Assembly (NCBI GenBank): GCA_965645245.1
Contig: OZ287068.1
Coordinates: forward strand, 1,860,001 to 1,924,000
Direction: 5' to 3'
Length of the DNA: 64,000 nt
Origin: Massalongia carnosa
Lineage: Eukaryota
The notes under the pieces are model-generated. The model saw nothing but the letters and a program-made list of their open reading frames with translations. It was not told the origin of the DNA and did not search any database. Made by a program: the position numbers and the translations under genes. Below are positions 37,565 through 51,244 of this stretch, one piece after another. How positions within the stretch are numbered: the first letter of the stretch is position 1; each line of letters starts with the position of its first letter.

Positions 37565-39502
37565 GTTGTGCGGATGGGGCAGGTGCCAGGCTGGTAGACA
37601 AAGGAAGATCATTCTAAAGGGTTCTACTAAAACTTTGAGGCGAAACGATAACCCCAGCTTACTTAAGTATACAAGTTAAATTTCAGAGGCAAGTCTTGGC
37701 CCACAGAATCTCAGGGACTTGTGCTCTAGACCAAAAAAGGACTATTCTAGAGAAAGCTCAAGATTGTTTAAAAGATAATTAGAGAACTACTCTAGCTTAT
37801 ACTCCATCTTCAGAATAGAAAAATATTTATACCTAGGTAGCTTCTAGCCCTTCGAGCACCACCGCTCAATCCGCAGGACCCTTCCGTGGCGCCAAAAGAA
37901 GTCCCCATACCAAAATTTAACGAAATCGCCCAACATTCCCGCTTCCAAACCGCAAACTTTAGTTCAACGATTCTCGTCAAATCAAATCAACCGTGCTTCC
38001 TCTTCGGAACAATAACACCCATTCAACCCCTATCGGCAAAACCCCCCGGCTCTGCTCAATACTGGTTCTGCTTTCATTATGGGAAAGATCCTTGCCCTGA
38101 GAACCCTCTCTCCGCACGATTCACAGGAATCGCTCGCTTCCCATCATTTCCTTTCCCTTCTCCAATTTTGCATGAGCCCTTCTTTCAGCAATCCTCCCCC
38201 CTCCATTCTCTCAAAATCCGCTATCATTGCCTCCATGCTTATTACACCCGAGAGCTATCTTCTTCGCAAGTAACTAACGCAATTACCCCTGGGCAGCCTT
38301 ACTCCGGAAAAAATCCAGGATAGGGGAAGGTAACATAGGAAGGGAAACAGAAAAGGAGGTAAACGGAAATGGGTCACGAGACACGAAAATTTGTACCTAG
38401 ACGAAGCTTTTTCGTACAACGTATTGTGCTCTGTGGCTGTATAATGATACTACGGTCATATTCTAGTGAATCAATGAGTGTCCTTTCCCCGTGTTAAGCA
38501 TCTAAAATCTAACCTTTTTTTCCGCATCCCACCCTCAAGGAAAACCATTTCAGATCAACGCATGATATAACCCGCCCAAAAAAATAATATCTCAATCCTT
38601 GTAAAAAAATCTCCTAGTTCGGTTTCCCATCCTCCCAAAAAATAGCGTAGAAAAGACATGGAAGGTTCATGTCTCCTTTGCCATGACGTCTGACGTTCCT
38701 TTCCCGGTAAACCAAGCTACATGTTTGGAACTTTCCCTATATTCAACATTCAATCAATGTGGATGAATCGGTGTGTGCTTCATCTTCCATCTCCGTGGCC
38801 CGGGCATGCGCGGCTCCTTACCATTTTCAACGTCACAAGGCATGGAAATGACAGGTTTCGCAGAGTTTTGCAAATTCATCGATGATATACATAAGCGCCT
38901 GTGCCTCTCCAACGTCTCAGTAAGGGAAATCATTGAATACAGGGCGGATCAAAAGAGCATATGCCGGACGCTTCGGTGCTTTGTACTCATACATCTTCAA
39001 GTCCTTATAGGACTTTGACAACTGCCTACCTACCTACCTGCCTACCCTCCTACCCTCCTACCCTCTCATCCTAAGCCATACCTCTATGTTTACATGAATG
39101 GTTCCTTCTGTTGATGATTAAAGCTACTAGCATCCATGCCGAGCATATTATGAGGGCTGCAAAAGCTGCATAACAGCTCTTACCCAAGGGTCTGCTTACT
39201 ATTGTTAGAAGCTAAGTTCGCATAGACTTTGAGGCACAACGATTTTAATGATTCCTAAGAGTTGAAAGAGCTAAACGTATTGAGTAGTTGTCCTCAAAGC
39301 CTATGAAAGAATAGGTATGGGCTATGTCTTCAAAAGAATGATTTGAATATAGACAGCGAGAGTTTCTTCCTGGACCTACGTATGACATACGGACCGAGTT
39401 GATAATCGGACTTTTTTTGGTTTATCTTGAAACCTTTCGTAATTCTTACTCAACATTGTATCAACTCGGAACGTTTATTAGAAAGCAAATAGGAATAGCC
39501 AT

Positions 39503-42500
39503 TCAAGTCTTTTTTCCCCTCAAGTCATCGTTTCCCATTTCACAGGATTTGACTATTGTATTTTTCCATGTCTTCCAAGCCAGGCCAAAATCCTTCTCAA
39601 TCCGGCTGTTTACGAAGTCTTGACGAGCACCAAACGCGGGGGTACCCTCTTCGAAGCAGGACGAGCTTGATCCCAGCTGAACAAGAGGAATCATACTCGG
39701 CCGCCCATGGGCACACTGGAACGGAAAAGCGCAAGCGGCCAGCCTTTTGACTAATGTTTGACATTCGCCGATTGTCAATTCGTCGTTAAACATGATAGCG
39801 CTCCTGCAAGACCTTGAGTTCAGCATGTCTAATATTCCCTGAGGACAACCGCTAATACGGTTCAGCCAACTATGTTGATTAGGTTGGACGGATTGATGAA
39901 AATCTGGTACTGATTTGTCTCCAGCGATCGGGGTTGATGGTTCGTCTAGGTAAACCGTGGAACTCTTCCCGGAGTCTTCACTCTTCCAGACCTCCCCTCT
40001 CATCAAGTCAATTAGAACCTTGACATCCACGCGGCACCTTTCTGCAATTACTTCTGGTAAGGCTTTGACCGTTAATTGGGACCACTGATGCCGAACAGAT
40101 GTATCTTCTGCCGGCTGTTTACCAATGGTGTAGAGAATGCCCCAGTTCGCAAAATGGGAAGCGTGCCTCGTAAAAAGCGTGCACTCTCGTGCTTGGACTT
40201 GAAAAGTAATTGGCTTCACAAGCAACGTTGTCATCACGCTAGATACAGAATGAGAACAATCGGGGATGATACTATTTCCTAGTAGAGGCTTCCTGCAAAG
40301 TTCCGCTATAAGCCCTTCGATACGGATCCGTTCATCTGCTGCATGCTGATCAACGAGTATTAGAAACGGCTTTGAAACCGATGAGCTATCAGCTATAGAG
40401 TTCCTTTTTGAAGTTATGTTCATATTAATAAGGATGAATTTCTTATCAACCTGCGCAATGACTTTTGCGCTACCCAAAGCCTCTTTTGAAAGTTTCGAAA
40501 AGCAGAATGAAGACGACTCGGAAAATGCTTTTTGGACATCGAGGCCAGAACATACATTTTTTTTACCGTTTATCATGCAAGGACTTTCGAGACTTGGGCC
40601 ATCAAATGATATTCGTGGCACACTCTCTTCGGAGAGGCTGAAAACAGGGTTGTCCCAGGTCTTTAAAAGTTCACTTGTCCATGAACCAGCGTCAATAGTA
40701 CCAAATGAGTCACCAAGCCGTTTACGCTTCCGCGTTGGGCGGAGGTCACGAACCTTGGGCTTCTCTGGTTTTGAATTTAAATTGGATGAAGTGCCGCTGA
40801 ATGATCGAGAAACCACTAGTCCGGTCCTAGAGTTGATCAAAGTTATAGCCTTGGATACTGGATTCATCCACTCGATTGTTTCTTCTGCGTCTTCATGTGC
40901 GACAAATATTGTTCCATTAGTTGCTTCACTAGAAGCATCTTCCCCATCACGGATACTATCCTTCCTAGGATGATCATGGAGAGGGGTACTGTTATCAGTA
41001 ATTCCGATTAATACTGCCCTATTCATACTTTTATCACTCGACGCTGCCATTAAATCGTCGAGTTCAGGCTTATGCTCCTTGGGAGGTAAGACTTTGCGAG
41101 TGTCTAGTCTTTGAAAGTTTTTTGGCTGTTGCTCTACATTTCTCAGCTTTTGTTGCGATATTAGTTCCTGCAAACTTTCTCGTTTGCCGCTTTTAACTCG
41201 GCTCCATGTACTAAAATAGGCGTTAATATGGATGTCGCGTTGTGAGAAGTTAGGGAGTTTGATAGTGCCGCCTAAAGCATTTGCTGAGGTTGTGACTCCA
41301 GCTTTATCACACCACTTCACGGCTCTTTTTCCTGTCTCTGCCAGTGAACTGCCAGTGTTTGTACAAGTCTCGAAGTTTATGATAGACTCTTTCGAAGAAC
41401 CGGTGTGGGAAGAAACTCCTGCTATGCTTTTCTTGAAGAATGACTCCTGAAAGTCCAATGTGTACTGGTTCGACTTTGAATAGGGCTCTATTACCGTGGT
41501 TCGGATCTTTTTTAACTGTTTCGTCTTGGGCCTAAAATGATAGTCGTTTAAAAAGCTAGTGATCATGGCCTCAAGTACATCTGTTATAGTAGATATTGTA
41601 CTTTTCATTTCTAACTTCGTAAGATCACTCTTTGATCTCACATGTGGACGAGATTGAAGGTCTATGCGAATGAAAAACTTTGGCCATCTATCCACACCCT
41701 TGGCTCCACCTCTCAGTTGCTTGTTGGTAAATCCATTTTCCTTGCGCCGGCCGTCTGTTCTCTCGTATTTCCTCTGAGCATTCTCATAATCGAGATCATC
41801 TTGCTTGCCAAAACTCGACTTTGCAAAAACCTCGTTCACAACATCATAAAGCACGTTATGTGACTCGACGCTGAGATATTGAATTCCCAGAGACAGAAAC
41901 TGCGCTTGTTTGGATGGAGCTGGCTGGAGCGAAATGGCTCCTTGAATAATGACAGAAGGAGTCTCTGCTGTCGTTCTAATCCAATCTTCCCACTCGGAGG
42001 GCTCGATATATGCAGACTGTGACAAAATTCTACGAATCAAGGAGAAATCAAAGACTTTTGAAGATGTAATGGTTTTTGTACCGCTGAAGGGGTAAGCATC
42101 CTCCCTGCGAACTTTCAGCTTCCTCGAGCTTTCAACGCCGTTGAGAGTAAATGTTACTGAGGCATCCCATGCAAGCAAAAACCCAACGACACTTTTGCTC
42201 AGCGCTTCCCATTGCTTCTCCCACTCCCTCCCCCGGTATAGCATGGCACGCTGCTTGATTCTGACTGGCATATTTCCAAATAGCTCCTGAACGGTCACTC
42301 GTGTTCCATGCTCGCGGTTCGAAAGGTCATGATATGCTGGGGCTGGTAAAAGCCTTGCAGCAGGCCTAGAATGGTGAAGAATCAGAGTAGCGTGCGAGTT
42401 TTCGGCTTCATAATGCGACGTAATTGTCAAAACGGAGAGTGCCGCCAATGAAGACAAAAAAGTTCCATCGCCTCCGTGCACCGTCTTTAAGCTCTCATAC

Positions 42501-42811
42501 TTAGATGTATCTAGGTAGATAAATTAGTTATCAGAAAAGCGCTAGTTTGGTTATTAGGACGCACGATAGGGTTTCCCGAGACCTCCACTCTCAGAAAACT
42601 CCACTGGAGGTATCCCATAGCCATCGTCTTCTACTATGCATGCACCCCGGCGGAAATCCACATTGACATGAATTTTGCGCGCTCCCGCATCGAGGCAGTT
42701 CTCAACAAGACCAATCACAACGCTGTTTAGCGAGGGTATTGCTGTCGAGGACTTGATTTGAGCCGCAACCTCTGGTGGCAAAGGCAGAATTGGTGCAGAG
42801 CCATTGTGCAT
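39503..42811 (-). CDS. MLH3: MutL homolog Mlh3
   Basis: GHKL ATPase start (LVENCLDAGA, VEDDGYGI), HGTRVTVQELFGNMPVR, endonuclease motif DQHAADERIRIE, SCRSAIMFND, FPFQCAHGRPS; intron ~42513-42565. Confidence 0.95.
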
Positions 42812-43477
42812 TGCAAATGCTGGATATTGGGTTACATCTAGCCGTCTTAGCTAAGCCAGCATCGGAAAATACTTGAGCCAGTCGTCAGAGAATTATTGAT
42901 AGCTAAAAGTGTTTCATGGTGGTTGCCGTTTCCTAGCAAGGGCAGCGCGGAGAACTGGCAGGCGCATTGAAACCCAAAACCCGAATTCTCCAGCAATAGC
43001 CGTGATCCGGGAGGCCAAGTTAGGCAGCTGCTGCCAACAAGGCGTACCAAAGTAAGCAAACAAGAGCGTAATGGGCTTGTAGCTAGGTACTCGATTTGAT
43101 GAAAGCGCCCAACGAGGTCCCACACAGGCACATAATGAGGTAAGTGTTGAGTTGGTCCACCCAATTGGTAAGAAAAGATAAGCACGCTAGGGCTGAAACT
43201 AGTGACGGTCGTCATACCGCAGGCACAAGCTTCTTTTCTTAGCGGCATCACTTCACTTTGATACACACTCCGAGGACTCCTTATTCTTTGTCACTTCTCT
43301 AGCGCTTAAGTATCTACGGAACTGCCTACAAAAATTATCTAGTCTAGATCGTGAGTCAAAATAGTCTGAATCGCTTCATATCATAGAGGGGTGGGCATTC
43401 TTCCAAACTCGCCCGGGCGGTCTCAAAAACAGGGAGGACGGCAAACAAGCAAGAAGCAAAGAAGCCGAGTTTACAAT

Positions 43478-44903
43478 ATGGCGACGGTTGAGTCTACAGC
43501 AAGGCCACATGGTACGTTCTTCAGCAGAAGGGCGCATAGCGCAAAAGTGGATGGTTCCGCTTGTTCTTAGCTTGCCACTTCAGACCTGAACTCAGGCTAA
43601 CATTTCATCAGATCGGCATTCACGTCGCCGCCCTTTCTCCAATTGGATGAAGCGACTAGCGAATCTTAAAAGTCCCTCCTCCTCCGACACGACACCAAGT
43701 GCGACAGCAAAACGAAATCAAAGACAATATTTAAATACCAAGAAAGCTAGCAACCCAAAGAACTCGCCATACTCCGAGCCGGCAAAGCCTAGCACGAACC
43801 CTTCAGTCCTCAATGCCGGCAATGGCCATCTTTCCTTTTATACCCCAGCCTCTGGGCGTAGCATGAGCTGCACTTCGCCGTCCCATAGCAAATTGTCGCT
43901 GCCTATTTCGAGCGATGGCCACCATCCTCCCACAGTTGGAAATAAATCTGCTGCGCCAACCGTTTCTACAAACCCTGATACTATCAACTCGGATGCAGCA
44001 TATTCAAAAGCTGAGACAACCTTGACAGGAGGGGGCGCAATGAGCTCGAATGGTGTAGGTGGTGGGGAGGGTTCGACCTTTTCCTCGCCCACCCCATCAG
44101 TTCGCTCGTTAACTACTACTCTCACCACCATACAGTCTGCAGCGCCATCAAATCTGCTTGCAGGGACAAATAATCAGGCACAGCACGGGGCCCAAAACTT
44201 GGCTCATCCTAATTATCATGGTCAATCTCAGAACTTTAACTTCTCCCATCAATTTCCGACTTCCCCACCAGCGTCAGCTATTCCATCACACCTAGCAAGT
44301 CAAAGTGGTGGTAATCATCCTCCAACCTACAACATGGCTACAGCAAACAATATTCTTACCGATAACGCTTCTATATTAACCCTGGCCTCATCTTCTAAAA
44401 GGCGTCGCCGAAATTCTCTTGACACGAATGCTTCCGTGCGAGCCCTGGCACCCTCGTCATTATTTGGCGGTAGTCGGGAATCGCTTCCGCTAAGTGTCTT
44501 GAGTGCCAATATAAATGATCAGCCCAGCGCCGTAGGTATTCATGGCCCGAGACATACGAGCGTTGGTGTTCCAAATACAGAGCGGGCAAGCGTCTACTCT
44601 TCTTCGGGCATTGCTCCCGCACTCAGCAGTGAGCGGAACAGCTATTACGCAGGAAAACAAAGCAATACAGGGGACGGTGGAAGCATGAGGAGCGGACTCC
44701 TCGGTCATGGGAGGAATGATAGCATTACAGGCAGCATTGGCGGACATATAATTGCTGCCAGCCCGCTGGCTAGCCCCAGGGAGTTGCCCAGCCAGGGCAG
44801 GATAAGTCGGAGAAACTCGGGCTGGGGGGAGGTCAACGAAGAGGATATTGATTCCGAAAGAGAAGAACAACGGCCGGTAACGGGAAAAACAAAAGATAAC
44901 TAA
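43478..44903 (+). CDS. Fungal Ser/Gly-rich hypothetical protein
   Basis: MATVESTARPH, intron 43512-43610, then RRPFSNWMKRLANLK. Conserved-looking blocks ANNILTDNASILTLASSSKRRRRNSLDTNASVRALAPSS..GGSRESLPLSVLS. Confidence 0.8.
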
Positions 44904-46289
44904 TCTGGATAGATGATCTAAACACGCAATGAGATGAACACAAGGCCAATCATGATGGCTTATAGAGAGGATCAGAGAAGAGGGGCGCATGAGAGATATT
45001 CCCTTTTTGTGCGTTTTCCTCAAGTTACATGATGGGTACCAGTTGTTTTTTTTTTTTGTCCAGCTATACCCCGATCGTGAGCTGTTAATCGTTCTTCGAT
45101 AGCCGTTTAGTTAATGCTGTTTCTGAACACAACGAGAAGCTGGGTGCTGCTGTTGTTTAACGTATGGTGATAAAGGGGGAACTCGTCGAATTCGATTATT
45201 TCCAAAATGCTCTCTTTGCGGACGGCCTAGGATAGTGATCTTATGATAATCCACCGTCAGCCTTTCCAGAACACAACAGCTGTGGCAAAAACAAGATTGT
45301 CCGCTCGATGGATCTGGTATCACATGAACATCATTAGACCCCTTCTAGATTTAGCTTTCCGCGTCTGGATCTACTTAAGAGGTTCTGCACCTTTCTTAAG
45401 CGCAAAGAGACAAGCCTTCGGTCGACGATGACTTTTGTCACGCTGGGGAGCGTTCTGTAAACTTGCTCAATCTGTTTACCTATCCATGAAACAACTTATT
45501 GTTTCATTTAATCAGAGAGAGCATACGAATCAAAACCTTCCAATGACATGAATGCGTCATTTAGTGTTTCTGCTGTTCAGTAGCAAGAGATCAACGAGCC
45601 TTTACTGAACGATGAAAGACCGCACTTTGAACTTTTAGCCACGATTATTACATTAATTGTGGTAGTGCTCTATTGAGAAATACAAGTCCTCCATTTGGCT
45701 CGTGCGTTCTAACCAGCAACGATGTTGATATGGAATCTAGGATAACCATCATCTATACACACATGGTGGTAACGTGCAAACAAACAAGACCAGACGGTCC
45801 CCGCGCTAGGGCAGATCTCCCCTGGATCTCCCTTTGATCTCTCCAACTTGTCCTAGTGCGGCTCGATCTAAGGCTAATAACTTAAATTTACCGCTTTCTG
45901 GATCGGGATTTGCAATCAGCATGGACCAAAATTATTTCCATCTTCTCCAACGACCTCTTATTATCCCTTTTTCTTCTTTCCCCTATTTTCCTATGGCTTG
46001 TCATTACTTGTTAGGTCCAGACTCCTATCCTATCGTGCTTACTTTTCTCCATATCACCTGTAGCGCATAGGTTCGCAAAAACAAGACAAGGTTCTCTCTG
46101 AGGATTAGTCGATCTCACCGTGTCGTTGAGGTGATATTATTGCCAGGGGCAAAAGGATTCTCAGTTATCACAACTCCGGAGGAATGCCCTCATAGGTATA
46201 CCAGTATATCTCAAACAATGAAAGAGCAGCTCTCTAAAATTTCCCCTTGCCTTTGGTTTCCCACCCACTTTCGTTTTTCTTCCCTAGCT

Positions 46290-48256
46290 ATGGAAACGTC
46301 CTGCATATTCGCACTTTCCTTTGCTCAACTCACACTTTCTGTGGCCCAACCACTGGCAAGTTGTGGGGATAAATGTGCCCACGCCGTAACCGGTTGCTGT
46401 GGGTCCCTCGAAACTGGTTGCTAGCAGCGACAGCAGCAAAAATAGCACATGACTCTGAAATACTCGATGAGCAAAACGAACCGTGCTGACGGCGAATGAG
46501 TGCGGTACCAAAACCGTTACATACACATTCACTGCCATCATAGTTGCCTCTCCAAAATCTTTAATCAGACGTCATCTACCTTTCATATTTATGATTAGCA
46601 AGTTGGTTTCAAAAACACCTCTAAGCTATGCTTGTGTCTGTTCTAGTGCTATTCAATAACTTTGTCATTGTGCTATGGGTAATACCTAAGCATATACAAG
46701 CGCCACCGTCTAGAAAAATGGTGTCAAACGATTAATTCCGCTGCAGGTATTGATTGCTAGGGTTGAAAACGGTCAAAGTTAATAGACATATTCGTTGACA
46801 TTCAGTAACCAAAACACGTCACTGCTATCACCACCATTTTGGCGGTTTCCAGCAAGAAATCTTTTATGTATAGGTTTCCCTGCCCTTTTCTAAATCTATT
46901 CTTCACTAACATTCTCAATTTCTTAATATTGTAAATAAGTTCACCACTCTCAGCCCCTCTCTATCTACTAAAAGAAAGCCATCTTCTATTTCATCAATAG
47001 CTCCTACGGCTCCGGCTCCGGCTCCGGCTCCGGCTTCTTCTCCTTCTCCTTCAACTTTTAAAAACATCGGAAAACCCTATTATTCTTCAGCAACTCCCGC
47101 TGCTTGGACAGAGGCTGGAAATCTTCTTATTCTTCGGGGGCTCTCAATGCTTCCACAAAGACCGGAATGACTTCTTCCTCAATGGCCTCCACTATTTCCG
47201 TTACTATTCCACAACAATTGTCGTTCTGGTGATGTCATCAATAAATTCTAGGCTGTATCGGTCTAAACATCTTATGCTATAGCACATACACAGATCCTGC
47301 CAAGGTTCGAAGAACTGCGGTTGATGTGGGACCAAGGCATGCTATCCACCGCCGACTCAAGATTTTTATGGGCTGACCAAGAGAGGCTGCACTAATCAAA
47401 TAGGTTTCAGTGTTCCTTAGGTCAGGTTAATGTTAAAGATGGATGTACTTGCACTTTTAGAAACAACCTTGTGGTGATTCCTGCGTCGAATTTAATGAAG
47501 AGAAGGGCAATTGCGATGATTGCAAGAAAAAGGTATGTATTTTGAAGCTTATGGAGGTAGAAGTTGAGTGGCTAGGTTTGTTAGTATGCATCCAATGGTT
47601 TTTGTTTTGGAGGAGACTGTTCCTGTAAGTATGCCCAAGTATTAGACCCTCTAGACGATAATAACAACTGCCATACATATGAGCGCAAGGTAATACTTTT
47701 GATCGTGGAAGACAGCTATGAAAAGCCCAACCTAATTTACTTCAGCGTCTACCTAATACCTTTGGTTCAGGCGTAGCGTGTGCCTCCCTCAACGAGGGTG
47801 TATTATGTCCTGGTAATGTTTGCACTACCAGACCCGAGGATGATGCGAACTGTGGATCATGCAACAACGTCATATATGTTTGTTGTTTGTTTTTTGTTTG
47901 CAAATTGGCTTGAATTACCGCAGTGTCCTCTAGGTAGCTCTTGCAACCTAAGACAGTGTAAGAGCACTTGTAATGCTCCAAGTGAAACCCTCTGTGGCGA
48001 TGGAGCCTGCGCTACATTTGATGACAGTAGGGAGAACTGTGGAGAATGTCATTTGAGGGTATGTATCATGATAAGGATAAGGTACAAGAATGCACGGATT
48101 TGCTCTGACTCAACTAGTCCGAATTGTGATTCTAACGGCTCTTTAAGTGCGATGAAGGCATTTGTTGCGTTATCGGCGAATGCATAAGTACGGGAACTAC
48201 TTTCTGCTCGGTTTTTGCAGGTGTCTTTGGGCAGCTGCGGAGCTTATGCAAACACG
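46290..48256 (+). pseudogene. Decayed secreted Cys-rich protein gene with tandem STIG1-like NCGxC modules
   Basis: Signal-like METSCIFALSFAQLTLSVAQP, Thr-rich segment, APAPAP linker, then exons ending KNCG*CGTK, KGNCDDCKKK, DANCGSCNNV and RENCGECHLR. Multiple stops, frameshifts and degenerate donors. Confidence 0.7.
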
Positions 48257-49370
48257 GTAAGAATCCCCGATAAGAAAATGACAACTCCAAGCGATGAAGG
48301 CTCTGCGATAACGGTGTAAACGCTAGTTACTGTACAGATGTTTGAATCCGAACGCTAGTTACTGTACCCCGTACAGATGCTCATACCTTTGTGTATTAAC
48401 AATATGATTCTCAAATTGCGGGATATGTGGAAACGTCGTAAGATATGCACCTTCCTTCTGAATTATCATTCACGTTTTTACGAGTGTCAAGATTATTATT
48501 ATTTCCACAACCGCATATGTAATTTTAAATGCACGAGATCAAAAGCGGATGATACATCATTTTTGATGGAAATTGGATACGATTGTTGGCTCTACAGCTA
48601 GATCCATTATCCTTTCAATGTTTTCTGCTTCAGCTGATTTCGTGTTTTGTTTTTGGACCGCCGTCCGTACACTAGTATGTACACCCCTCTTTTCAATATT
48701 CATTCATCCCCATATGAGTATCTAGAGATCCCTGAAAAGCAAATCTTCTAAAAAAAAAATTTTCACTCAAAAACCGAGAACCTGACTCGTAAATAGATTC
48801 GAGGATAGTTATGTAGAAATGATAATAATGCTCTCCTTCTTCAATATCCCCGCTCTTAATTGTAATACGCTTGATTTTCATAAAAGTCAACTCACTTTGT
48901 AACAATCTGAAACTCTCAATCTGCTGAACTCATCATATATTGAATTCACTAACTTGAAATTAATTCTCTGAAATTAGTTTGCATTTCAATGCTGAATAAC
49001 AATGTGGCGATGGCGCTTTAGCGTGATGCACAATGCCGAAGTCGGCAGAGTACCTTCAGACATTCGGATTGATCTAATCGATAAGGAACATATGGTAGTG
49101 GAAAAAATGTGTGTACGGTTAGTAGGAGACAACAAAAAGTAAAAAGGTCTCGGCGTTGCAGAATCTCTCAAATTAAGGTCGTTATCCTTTTACATGCACA
49201 TAAAGCATCCACGTTGCTCTGCAGGGCAAATCCACCTCGTCTACCAGTATGCCGAATTAACTAACGGCTTGAAGTTCGAGCTTTGAACCTCCATAAAAGA
49301 GCATCACGCAAGCCCAAAGCACGCTTCTTCCGAGTATTTGTTGTTTGAGGAAGCAGGGTGTGCAAATCTC

Positions 49371-51244
49371 ATGATCATGCCCCCAAGCCCTCAGTCCAAG
49401 AGGAGCAGGAACTCGTCTCTGTCCCCCCCACCTATAAAGCGAAAGTTTGAGTCAACTACCACCCGTATGTACAGCAGGCAGATATAGACTCCCTCGTGCA
49501 TTTGCTAAACTCTACTTTGCTTTACCCAGAGAAGGCTGTGGCAAGCTTCTTTACCCCGGCGTCGAAAAAGATCCCAGACCAACTTAGCTGGAGGGTGGTC
49601 CACACTAGTCTGCTTGTTGGACGGTACACTCCAGCTACGGTTGGTCAAGTCAACGATGCCTCGACGAAGAGAAGAAAAATCGCAGCCTTTGATCTAGTAC
49701 GCTCGTTGCCCCTGATGCATTACTTCCGTATCCACCACCACTAAGTCAATGCCGGCTCCTTTGTAGGACTCAACCCTCATTCAAACAGTGTCAGGTAATA
49801 TATTCGCCAAAGGTTCCTCAGATTGGCGATGGTGGCACAGCTGTGTTCCCGGTGCTCTGAAACAGTTGTATGCAGACGGGTAGGTAGACCACTTCCAAGC
49901 TTTTGCATCCCTTCCCACATGCCTGGTATTGGGGCTGATGAGTACCGCTGCACAGCTACATCATCGTCGTTCTTACTAACCAGGGCAGCATCAATCTCAA
50001 AAATGACCCGAAAACGCTCAAAAGCGATCGGAAAAGACTCGCAGACTTCAAAGCGAAGGTTGATGCTATCTTCAATCAGCTAGACTTCCCCGTTGTGCTT
50101 CTGGCAGCTACTGGGCAAGATGAATTCAGAAAACCGCGAACTCAAATGTGGCATGAAGTACTTGAAGAATTTGATCTAGATGCAAACGACGGTCCAGACA
50201 CGACAGCTTGCTTTTTCGTGGGCGATGCCGGGGGTCGTCCGGCCAAAATCAACAACCGGGCTGACCATTCATGCTCTGACAGGTCAGAACGACATGTGCA
50301 TTAGGTGTGATTAGGCTTGCTGAGATACTAGGCAGGAATTTTGCTACGAATGTGGGGATTCCGTTCAGGACTCCTGAGGAATATTTCCTTCACGAAGCAC
50401 CGCAGCGGTTTGTAAGAGATTTTGAACCGAACGATTATCTCAGCACACCTTCGCCCACCTCAGCAGATACAAGTATGTTGTATGAGTACAAGTGTTTTTT
50501 TCCCTCGGAATTTAATACATGATAGCGCCGATTGTAATTGACAAGCAAAACCCTCTCGATCTGATATTGTTATGTGGCTCCCCAGGCTCGGGAAAAAGCA
50601 CTTTCTACTGGCAAAATTTGCAACCGGTGGGCTACGAACGCGTTAACCAAGATATCTTGAAGACGGTATGACAATCTCATGATTTGTTTCAGCTATTCGG
50701 GGATGTTACTTCACTGTGGAGGGCCTCTCACTGACGTGATACGGATGTTAGAGGGACAAGTGTGTCAGAGTGGCATCGAATTTTCTGTCCGACAGCAAGT
50801 CCGTAGTGATCGGTAGGTTTACATATTATCCAAAGTGTTTTTCATGGATAACATGATTCTCATTCCGCACTGCAGATAATACGAACGCAGATCCTGAGAC
50901 TCGAGCGGTATGGGTGCAACTTGCTCGGAAGTTCGGAGTGCCCATTCGATGTGTCCTTTTTAGTGCTCCGACTAAAATTTGCGAGCACAATAATGCAGTT
51001 AGGGCACTTGCTGGTGACGCATTCAATCCTGAGAGGCGATCCATCCTACCACACTCGGCCTTTTCTAGCTTTGCGTCTAGATTCAAGGAGCCGAATAAAG
51101 CCGAGGGGTTTCAGGATATCACTGTGATTGAATTCCAGGTGAGATATTTCCATCCTCGCACGCACGAAATGATGACCAGAATATTCTCAATAGTTCCAAG
51201 GTGACCTGGAGCAGCGTCAAGTTTGGAGCAAATTTTGGATCTAA
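49371..51244 (+). CDS. pnk1: Bifunctional polynucleotide kinase 3'-phosphatase (multi-exon)
   Basis: KIAAFDL|DSTLI (HAD DxDxT), TNQG, RKPRTQMW, FFVGDAGGR, DHSCSDR, P-loop CGSPGSGKST, VNQDILK, DNTNAD; ends QVWSKFWI*. Confidence 0.95.

Noticed and set aside
38484..38495. 12-nt antisense match to 18S rRNA (tttccccgtgtt) suggesting a snoRNA guide
   Set aside because: No adjacent CTGA D box and no partner GTCAAA pocket strand; 12-mer matches to rRNA are expected by chance in 64 kb.
38455..38550. snR30/U17-like motifs (atattcta ... aaaccat)
   Set aside because: No enclosing stem and no ACA box at the required spacing.
37565..39502. Telomerase RNA in the 1.9-kb convergent gap
   Set aside because: No CTAACCCTAA-like template on either strand and no recognisable Sm site or 3' processing signal.
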